From contig OZ024740.1 of NCBI GenBank assembly GCA_964016885.1, positions 111,414,001-111,478,000 of the forward strand: 64,000 nt of DNA, in the 5' to 3' direction. Origin of the DNA: Eledone cirrhosa (taxonomy: Eukaryota). Of this stretch, positions 54,306 through 64,000 are shown one piece after another. The notes beneath the pieces were generated by a model. The model was not told where the DNA came from, made no database searches, and saw nothing but the letters and a program-made list of their open reading frames with translations. Positions within the stretch are counted from its first letter, which is position 1; every line of letters begins with the position of its first letter. The translations under genes and the position numbers were made by a program.

Positions 54306-56764
54306 TATATATAAATGAATATGTGAATAAATGGATGGATACAGGGATGAATGGAGGGATGTCCGAGTGATTACTAACACATATGTGAGGGTATACAATT
54401 TTATAAATCAAAACCTTAGGATTGAAGTAGGATATATTGAGCATGTATGTATCCTATTTCAATGTCTCATGAAAATGTAAGATTTATAATAAACTTATTT
54501 ATAATCGGACTTATTTGCATTCATTTTATAACTTAGGCATGCATTGCATGTCTTGCATTCATTGAGAAAATGCCTTTGGACAGATGACTAGATGGATGGT
54601 TGGATACAAGGCTAAATTGATGGCTTGATGGATGGATAAATAGCGGTTTGGACGTATAGATTGATCGAAAATTATTTACTGCCCATGTCTTTGCAAATGG
54701 AGAAGACTTGAAACAGTTTAAACGGAACAATAATGGCATCAGTTTCTTCTATCTCAGGGTGTTTCGTAAGGCAATGGACACTGACCAGTTTATTTGCTTA
54801 TTGGTTTAATTTTCAAACTCTTCCAAGGTTTAGTTTGACAAATTTCTTTAACCTTTTTGTTACCACATTTTTTAATGAAATGCATAGCCTGCTTGTTTCA
54901 ATAATGTTTTAAATAATAATAAAAACATTCAGAGAATTATATAGGATAACTTTCTCCTGACTAAGATTATGTGTGAAACATTACCTAAAAATCTCCGAAA
55001 TAAAATTATGATGGAAGGTTTTAATATAAATATGTACATTTTAAAATAGGCAGTTTTGTATCATAAAAGCAGAAAGGTTTAAGTCAGCTTGGTAGCTAAA
55101 ACGTTAATTGTTAATTGTAAGTTTATACTCAAGGGTTCAGGGTGAAATGAAGTCGATTTATACTATGGAAGTATACTTATTCTATCCTTCCTGACGATTT
55201 GATCTGAGAAATATGAAGCTCTACATTAGAGCGATGAACGTAGTGCATTAGAGCAACCAAAAACAAACCAACATTATCAGATATAAGCGTTATTGTTAGT
55301 TGGAGTTATGACGTTGTTTTAAGGCTATAAGACTTGTTGATAATCAACCTGAGATGATTAAATCATATAAAAACCATGTTGAACTATTTTACTAGTATCC
55401 TAGTAAACCTTATCAGAGACATGGTAGACAATATTATCTGAGTCATTTTGAAGCATAGTATCAGTCACACAAAACAATATTATTAATAATTCTAAATCAT
55501 ATTAACAAGTCTGTGGTAAGAACTGTGGCCCGCAGAAGGTCTTCAGAAAGCAAACCCGGCTCGTGCGTTTCGGCCTTTAACGTTAGGAGCCGAAACAAGT
55601 TATGTCAAACGAGTCATGTTCAGCATTGATCCATATTATCAATTACATTGAATCATAGTATCAGCTATTAACAATATCATATGTCATGTTAAACCTTATT
55701 ATCAGTTTCAGGGTAAGCCATATTATGAGTAATGTTAATCCATATAGTTAGTCATATTAAATCATTTAATGAGAATCATGTTAAAACATACATTTTTTTG
55801 TATTACCTAAATTCATAAATTTGTTTTACTATCAATTTACAAATCTCTCCTTTTGCAGTTGTAATTTCACGCGAGACACAACGTAACAGTTATTAGTATA
55901 CAAGGTAAATATAATGATCGAGAAGATTAATACATAAAAGTAAATAGTTTCAAATAACTATCAGTGTAACAGATTAACAGAATTTACCCAGTGGAAGAGC
56001 TATAACAATATTGTGAAAATAGAAGAAATTGCAGCATATAGAAATTCTAAGTTTGTGTTAAATATATAAATGCTGGAAAAATATGCCATATATTTTGCTC
56101 CTTTTAACATCTAACATCTGAAATACACTTTTGTTGGCATTTTTCACTCCTGTCGCGGATTTAGTCGGTCTGCCAGAAGAGTGCATCACAAAGGTATTTC
56201 TTGGATATTTTAATGATAAGGCTCAAGTTCCTATCGTCTGAATCTATGTTACTGGGTGTTAATCCTTTTTCTATTTAGAGTATTGTTAATTAGCAATACG
56301 AAGAAATCCTGAAACACTTTTTTTATCCTTAGATGACTTGCTGATGATGAAGGTTCCATTATGTCGCTAGATCTGTTAGAAACAAATGACATTCCTAGCA
56401 AGTTATATTCCTAGCTGTCCTAAATGTGGGTTGGTCACGGCACAATTGTTTTAGATTACCACTCTGTTAGTTCAGGCCTGGTCGAAGGATAAATAATGGT
56501 ATCAAACCACCTGAAACTGCCCCTCGTTCAGTGATACCCAGATGTTTATTTTAAAGTGTTTATATTTATCTAGATACCTTCCATCATAATTTCCTGTAAG
56601 AACATTTATGTAAAAAACCAGCTTCATAATGAGAAATTTACTTATATTACACAATCTCCCTAACTACATGATTATTTTCAAAATTATTCGAAATTCTTAA
56701 TGTGGTAACAAGCCGCATAAATAATAGCTGAAAAGAAAACAACTATACAAATGACGTAATATTT

Positions 56765-58540
56765 TTCTTTATTACGAATTATAAACGGAAAAGGAAGGGA
56801 AAGGGGAAGGGGCTAAAAAATGATGGGCACCAGGCCTAGGGCGTGGTGGTGTGGAGGCTGAGCCCCGTGGACGTGACCGCAAAAGCATTCACGCACACAA
56901 TGGCCAGTGACACCCGCTGCGACAGCCACTCCACCTCGTGGGGCTCCTTCCTCAGAAGGGCAGCTGACGTCCCGATCTTTCGGAGGAGGTCGATAGTACG
57001 AGGTCCAAGTATGCCTAAGGTCACGACGGCGACCGGTGCGAAGAGCAAGCGGCCGGACAATCTCCGGTATTTGTTTGCCTTGCCTCTGTATTGCGGGCCG
57101 CGGTACAGTGGTTTGTGGACGAAGCAACTAAGTTGGAGGCAGAGAACGTGTTACAACATGAGGCATTCCAGATGAGGGATCTACCTCCTTCGAATGGGGA
57201 GAGGGTAATTCCATGGTCGAAGCCGGCTGGCTCAAGTTGTGATAGGAAGTCAGCTGCATCTAGGCTCTTTCTCATTATGTCGTTAAGAGCAGCATGCGGT
57301 AAGACAGTAGGTGCAGGCCGAACTTGTCAACAACCACCCCGCAATGGCATTTATGTGGATCACACATTCCGATGCGAGTGCACTCATCAAGAAAGTTACT
57401 TGTTGATGAGTAGGGCACTGAATTGAGCCATGTGTTGTTGATTGATTGTGAAGCGGAATGGAGATAGGTAAGACGGTGTTGTCCAAGCCAGACTTGATCT
57501 GCCTGAAGGATGACCTACATGTGATTTCGTCCCAGTTACATTGGACATTCGTATACTTGGGGACAGAGAGGCCTTCTCCTGTCCAGTCGGCCAGAGAATG
57601 CTCAAATTCTAGGGCCATGTCAATTTCGGCCGACTTGCTGAGGGCCTCGCTGACGAGAGCGCAACTGGAGGAGATTCAGGAAAGGTAGAAGCAAATCCGA
57701 GGTGGATTGGAGTCCGAGGCCACCGAGCCTTGCTGGGAGTTTTATCTGTTGCCAGCCGGCGCTGTCGAAACTGACATTGCAGATGCGTTCTGCACAGCAT
57801 CAGATGGAGGGCTCAAGTTCACCGAGAAGATCTGTGTAGAGGTGCAAAGGTGCACTGCGCAGCGCGAAGAGAAAAATTGGGAGGACGAAGCAGTTCCTCA
57901 AAAGGAAGAGCACCGGGTGAGCGTCAATGAGACGCAGCCTCTCTGCCATTCGGGTCAAATCTGCATGCTTGGTCACCAGGCACTCTATTATGGCTTTTGA
58001 GAGAATTGGAGAGTCGAGAATGCATGCGGTATCTTTGGTTGTTAGCCCAGCACCGGACACAACGGGATGGATGTTGAGTACGGCTTCGTTGAATTCGGCC
58101 TCTCCATAGCTAACGTTTGTCACTTCAATTTTGGATGGGTTGATCTCAAGCCCTAGGAGCTTTAGAGCTGGGATGATTCACCGAAAGTGCTCAATTACAC
58201 TCTCAGCCGACCACCCTGGGTTCCGTCGTCCAGGTACCAAACGCTGAGGGGGGAACGGAGCAAGCGGGCAACGCCACCGACTGCCAGCGTAAAGAGGAGC
58301 GGACCGACTGGGTTTCCTAGCTGGACACCCGTAGCGGAAGTAACCCTGTTGTCATTGGCCATGAGGAAGCTGGGTCATCCGTGCGAGAATTGTGTGAGCG
58401 GGTAAATGGAGGGGCTTGTCCGAGACACGTCTCAAAGATGTGATCTTCCTAACGCAGTTGAAGGCATTTGTCATATCTAGCTCCACAAAGAGTTGGGTGA
58501 CGAATGTCTGGCCACATGAGCTGCAGCATTACATCTGCTG
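56765..58540 (-). mobile_element. CRE-like non-LTR retrotransposon (RT + restriction-like endonuclease), decayed
   Basis: ELDMTNAFN, GVQLGNPVGPLLF, WYLDDG, RQGGLGL, GITLSPFEGGRSLIWNASC, WLSQRVSLAI. Confidence 0.8.
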
Positions 58541-58643
58541 TGAAGAAATGAAAGAAAATATTAAAATAAAATTCACTGACTGAAGAACAACAATGGTTGG
58601 TCCATGTTTTACTGACAAATTAGTTAACAGAGAAAAATAGGAA

Positions 58644-59555
58644 TTATAAAGGAATTCCCTGTTGATATAACACTGTTTTTATTGACATTCGCAAGCTGTC
58701 TATCGGTTCCTCGAGGCATAACTTTTCAATTTCACGTAGTTTGTCATAGAAATACCTCTTTTCCCGATTCGAATGATCATAAGAATTCGACAATTTTTCT
58801 TTTTCTTCTTGAAGGTCTTTAACCGCTTGTTCAAGCACTTCTTTCTCTCGTATTAAATCCATTTTTACTTCTTTGTGTTCGTCTGCTTCTTGTTCGAAGC
58901 TGTAAAAGCTGTTAATAAGTCCACATTGGGTTTCCTCAGTCTGCGATAAAGAATCAACTACGTTACTCTTAGATAATATAGTCACAGCCCTGTGTACATT
59001 CGGAGGGGACAGAGAAGATTGAGGAATATTAGCAGAGACAAGAGCTGTAGTTGGCTTCATGAACTTTTGTATTCTTTTGGCGTCTGCTGCTCCCCTTAAT
59101 TCACCTCCACGTATGTCCTTTATGTTTCGTTCTTTCGTTGGTGAGCGGTTCCAACATACTTGGCGTAACTCATTTACATCGTAAGGTTCACCACTGTAGT
59201 TAGCCTCAAAAAACCCCTTAAACCATTGTCCAAAATAATAATTTGCTTGGAAGTTTCCCCGCATCATATTCTCCATTGGGAAATTCTTCTCTACACCAAC
59301 AGCATTGAATGCATTTTGGAGGCGTTTAAAATTGCTATGTCTCGCGCTAGCAGTCAAAGTAGTACCGAACTTGATTTCGGATATTTTCATAGCATTAGGA
59401 AAAAGTAAGAACATGCCGAAACAGTAATCGCATCCACTGCCAAGATCTTCGATACGATCAAGTTCAGGGTTAATATACATGTGAAGAAAGTCCATCAATT
59501 CCTTTTTGCTGGTCGTCCGGACGTTCGGCAACACTGTAATAGCTTTCCAAGACAT
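58644..59555 (-). CDS. Divergent intronless EB1/RP (MAPRE-family) microtubule plus-end binding protein
   Basis: 303-aa ORF: N-terminal CH domain (RIEDLGSGCDYC...NFKRLQNAF...GNFQANYYFGQWFKGFFEANY..EPYD), linker, coiled coil, EBH motif (EKRYFYDKLREIEKLC); Kozak-like accATG. Confidence 0.88.
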   Translation of the reverse strand: MSWKAITVLPNVRTTSKKELMDFLHMYINPELDRIEDLGSGCDYCFGMFLLFPNAMKISEIKFGTTLTASARHSNFKRLQNAFNAVGVEKNFPMENMMRGNFQANYYFGQWFKGFFEANYSGEPYDVNELRQVCWNRSPTKERNIKDIRGGELRGAADAKRIQKFMKPTTALVSANIPQSSLSPPNVHRAVTILSKSNVVDSLSQTEETQCGLINSFYSFEQEADEHKEVKMDLIREKEVLEQAVKDLQEEKEKLSNSYDHSNREKRYFYDKLREIEKLCLEEPIDSLRMSIKTVLYQQGIPL

Positions 59556-59854
59556 GGTAGATGATTTGTAATTCGTTTTTCTTTCGTTATGTATCTGTTT
59601 CCGAATTGTAAATGTATGATGTGATGATTTAATTTTGTTTTATTATTTTTAGTTTTTTCAGTTAGTTTTAAACGACAAACTGCCGAGTTATAATTTTCTT
59701 TCGGCGATTTACTTCGATAATTTAAATTATACAGTCTATTACTTTTCCGAAGCGATTTTTCTTATTCGTATTAGACGCTTAGGAAGGCATAGAAAATAGA
59801 AAATTAAAGGCCAAAAAAAACGACGTCCCAAGAATGCGTTATTTTCAAACGAAT

Positions 59855-59925
59855 TTGTTGTTACGTCATTCATTTAATTATAACGTCATAGGAGTGTAGC
59901 CATATTTGTACACTGATTGGCTTAA
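59855..59925 (-). promoter_or_regulatory. Candidate promoter of the EB1-like gene (two CRE/ATF-like sites, CCAAT box)
   Basis: Minus strand CCAAT (59916-59920), TGACGTTA (59881-59888), TGACGTAA (59861-59868), about 300-360 bp upstream of the ATG. Confidence 0.35.
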
Positions 59926-62436
59926 CTCAAAGTTGAGTATCGCTCTCATTCAGTTAAATGAAAGCTTCTTCATATAACTCCCATCGAAATTGTACTAAAC
60001 CAGTGTGTAAGGGGAACTAACTTAAAAGATGTCTCACATGTCTCTAAGTATTCAGTTAGATCTATATTTTCGATCATTAGTGGACAACTGAAACATTCGT
60101 TTCAATAATTATTTTCTGCATGAAACATTTAGATATACATGCATGTGTATATATACATTGGCCAACGGTAACAGCCCGGTAGCAGTCGATGAAAGGCTGT
60201 CCGCAGCTCCATTGGTCTGCTCGGTCATATGACGTACAGAACGCAGACGCATACAACCACATAGTCCCAGCGGAACAGAGTAGAGAAAGCGTTACCCCTC
60301 AGAATAGGGAGGTAGACGTATTGAAATAGCCATTCCATCTCGTGAGTCTCCCTCTTGTGGATGGTAAACTCCATCCAGATAGCAGCAAATAAGGAGGTGG
60401 TTCGGGGATCCAGAACACGGAAATTCTCCACCGGAATAATTTCAACGTTAAACTTATCGGAAATTGATCAATCTCCAGTTTATTGCGCAAGGAAAATTGG
60501 GTCTGTCGCTGGATGTACCAGGTTGTTGCACGTCATATACGGGGTTTACGACCGTAAAACGAAAATTGTGATGCCATGTGGCTTTTCCCGTCCGCAGTAG
60601 CAATTTACTGTAAGTCATCTTGACCCATGCTGATGTCACTTCGAACAATTCCATCAAGTAAAGCTCTATAGTGTCGGGATACTGAGTTTGCTTTCTCTTA
60701 CGGCTATCTACAGACCGTCTAATTATTTTAGTGGGATGTTGCTGCTTCTTGATTATTCAATATTATAAACAAACCTAGTCTGAATTTTGAAATATTACAT
60801 TTTACATAAAATAAGTATATAATGGTAATAGTGTGTGATAAACTTTAGCATACCAGACAAAATGCCAGTATTTTTAGTTTCATACTTTTACATTAAATTT
60901 TCAATCTTACCAGTTGCCACTTTAATTGATTTGGGGATTGATAAACCACTGACTGTGAGGTGATGAAGCTGTGATCGATTCAACGCACTTACAGATGTAA
61001 GGTTTTGTGCAGAGTTGAGAAATCAACATTTCAATGACACTAGCGAAGCCTAGCCCTCTGTAAATCGGATCTCAGCCGATTTCTCGCAGAGAAAGAAAGA
61101 GAAATTGAGATAGAGGAAAATTCGACACTAGTACAGCACTGACATTTTATTTATCAACGTCAAAAGGATGAAAGCAAAGTAGACATCAGCGGGATTTATA
61201 CTTAGGATGCAATAAACCGGGACAAATATTGAGGCATTTTAAATCCGACACCGAGTGCCGTCTCTCTCCACCCTTTCTCTCTATATATATATTAATACAT
61301 TTTAGAATATAGTGGTTAAAAAACCCAGAGTATCTACGTAGAGGACGTTACAGAACAGAGTTGAGTGTTAAAACGTTAGTTTTGAACATGGATACAGGAT
61401 AGGGATGGATGATATCTCCACAGATAGGATGTCAGATAAAGTTAATTCCCGTGTTAATAGAAATTAAAACTTAGTGCTGTCACTAGTTAGAGCAGTGAAT
61501 ATCGTTTGATGCTCTACCTATTTTGTCATTAGTCGTTGCTAATTATGGGAAGGTATTTACTATGACATTCCAAAGATTTTGTACCGTATTCCAAGAGAAT
61601 TGAAGCTGATAGTAGTAAAGAAAAGAGGAACAGATAAGGAGAGGAGGTGGATAGAGAAAAAGTAGGGAGATAAAGGGAGAGGAAACCAAGTGGAAAGATC
61701 GAATCGATGGATGGATAGTTGAACGAGTGGTTCAAATCTTGCTTCTCTACTTCAAACTAGTTTTGTTAATAAATATTCACTTCTGAAATCTGTCTTGTAT
61801 TCATAAATATTGGAAAATGTTGAACAAATACATGTCTCTTCATTAGTCCAACACCTAAGTCAACAGAATACTTGAGCTGTTGAAGTAGATATCTCGAAGT
61901 AGATGTCTTCTCGGCGTGATTTGTAACAATATTTCACGGATATAACCATATTGTCGACACTTCACGTGAAAATGATAGCTCGGATGAAGTTGGAAGGAAC
62001 CGTTTCGAAAATCCTTTAACATGAGTATCTATTATATCAAGCGAATGACAGGTCATTAGATTATGATGACGTTGATGAATAATCTATTTAAACAAAACAT
62101 GAACAGTAAATTCTAATGCGGAAAGAGGGTGGTCGTTTGGTGTGCAAAGGTTCCCTCGTTACAGATGACTGATTTCTGTAGCACTTTATCTGCTCTCATT
62201 ACTTGACAACTGACTGGCCGTCATGCGACGACGTTAACACAGCCTCATGTAGACAAAGATTCATCGCAACAATATCATTACAAAGTTTATAATTTTACTT
62301 TACACGCTGACAGTGATAGAGTTCACTAAACAATGGTTAGGTACCATTGCTGAATAACTATTCGATATTCCGAGTTCAAATGACACCGAGGGTGGATCTA
62401 TTTTCTTATCTTAGTTGATGACGAGATGATGTAGAT

Positions 62437-62767
62437 CAGAGGTTCTCAAAGTGAGCGCTACCACCCACCGGGAGGAGTTGAGAAGGTCCAGGGGGCACTG
62501 AGGTTTAAGGGGGGTTGTGGTGGAGGTAGAGACGATATAAAAGTATATTAAATATCAAATGATACCTTTTATATATATAGTAAAATAAAAAAATATTCAC
62601 ACATAGTATATATTATATTATTTATTATGTATAAATTAACGATTTTATTCATTATATATTATTTACAATTTACATGTAGACAGGTCTCTCTGGAAATAGG
62701 GTTGGGGTGCGGAGGATTTTACGTGGCCATGAGGGAGGCAGTGACCCTAAAAGTTTGAGAACCTCTG
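62437..62767. mobile_element. hAT (Charlie-like) MITE
   Basis: TIR CAGAGGTTCTCAAA / TTTGAGAACCTCTG with perfect 8-bp TSD ATGTAGAT. Confidence 0.9.
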
Positions 62768-63199
62768 ATGTAGATGATAGGTGATTTCGTGTATTTGTTT
62801 AAACAAATAGAAAATGTGTAACATATAAATTTAATTAACGTACTTACATTTAATAACACAAATAATTACATATTAAAATTGAATCCACGAAGTTGATAGA
62901 CTGTAACAATAAGCTTGGGTTAGTTATAAATTATATGTTTGTGTGTATGTTGGGTGGGGGAGTAGTTGAACAGTTAGACGCAAGTTACACTGCGAGATTG
63001 TTTACTTTTAATTCTTTTTTTTGAAATGCCGAACGAGAGCGTTAGCTCGTAAGTAGCCCAATCACGTAATTCTATCTCGTGCGGGTTCATCCATTTAATG
63101 CGTCAAACTGCTAATGAAATTGCAAATGTTGTTAAGTAATTTTTATTTGGAATATAAACATTTATATTTTCTCAATTATTCACAAGGAAAACAAATGTA

Positions 63200-64000
63200 T
63201 GGGTTTCTAATCTAGACACAAGGCCAGCAGTTTAGGTTAGATTAAATCGAATCCAGTACTTGACTAATCATTTATTTTATCGACCTCGAAAGTTGACCTC
63301 AGTGGAATATAACGTATTATAACTGAATGCTACGAAGTATTTTGACTGAAACTCTAACAATTCTGCCAATCAACAAACCTAAGCAGAAACCAAAACAATG
63401 GTTTGTAATTTAGGCACAAGGCCAAGAATTTTGGGGGAGGGGAAAGTCGATTAAATTGACCTCAGTGCATTACTAGTACTTTACTTCATCGAAATAGTAA
63501 GGATGGAAGGCAAAGCTAAACACGTCTTTGATAATAGGTTTGGTAAGTCAGTACTGAAAAGGCGCTAGTAACACACAATTGTATTGGTTTCATTTTAGCT
63601 CAAAGAGACTAAATGTATTTAAGGTCCTTGAGCATATATTTATTAAAACCGTATGGAGGCGCTATTGACTATCAATTCTTCTCGAAGTGAAAACATTTCT
63701 CTCTTATTATTATCTCCCTTATTGCTGTATAACAATCTGGGAGAAGAGTCATTGTATCAGACATTCTGTGTAAAAATTATTTTAAATAAGAGTGGATCTT
63801 TGGCACTGAAGTGTTTGTGAGTCACTGTCTGAGATTCTAGCAATGGCTTCCTTCCAGTGGGAATCAAAACCGACACACTGGTTTTAACACACTTTCCATG
63901 CACAAGATACTCTAATTTAGACACAAGGCCAGCAATTTGGAAATATTAAATCGATTCCTGTACTTGATTGTTGCTTCATTTTATCGACTACAGAAGGATG
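63200..64000 (-). mobile_element. Three degenerate tRNA-SINE fragments
   Basis: cacaaggcca...cagt..ttttatcgac pieces at about 63200-63375, 63400-63520 and 63915-64000. Confidence 0.6.

Overview
AT-rich, microsatellite-saturated animal genomic DNA. The SINE types and repeat landscape resemble a mollusc, probably an octopus (inference). The only convincing host gene is an intronless, divergent EB1/MAPRE-family ORF (58644-59555, minus strand). The rest is nested mobile DNA: two 5'-truncated/inverted Penelope-like elements (PLEs; RT + GIY-YIG), a non-autonomous Gypsy-type LTR element, a decayed hAT transposon (probably hATm group), a near full-length Tx1/L1-clade LINE, several RTE LINE pieces and RTE-derived bipartite short elements, a CRE-like RLE retrotransposon, five non-autonomous Helitrons, MITEs and tRNA-derived SINEs. 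The most striking unannotated layer is about 20 type I hammerhead ribozyme (HHR) motifs from about 8 sequence families. They sit in short, non-coding fold-back elements inserted into (TA)n tracts and share a GAGTRCT box near the 3' end. They include a roughly 319-nt circularly permuted, retrozyme-like unit with a U3-A8 core variant, and ribozymes with long stem II insertions. A second structured RNA is conserved at the 5' end of two different RTE-derived short elements. All calls were made by eye; boundaries inside microsatellites are approximate.
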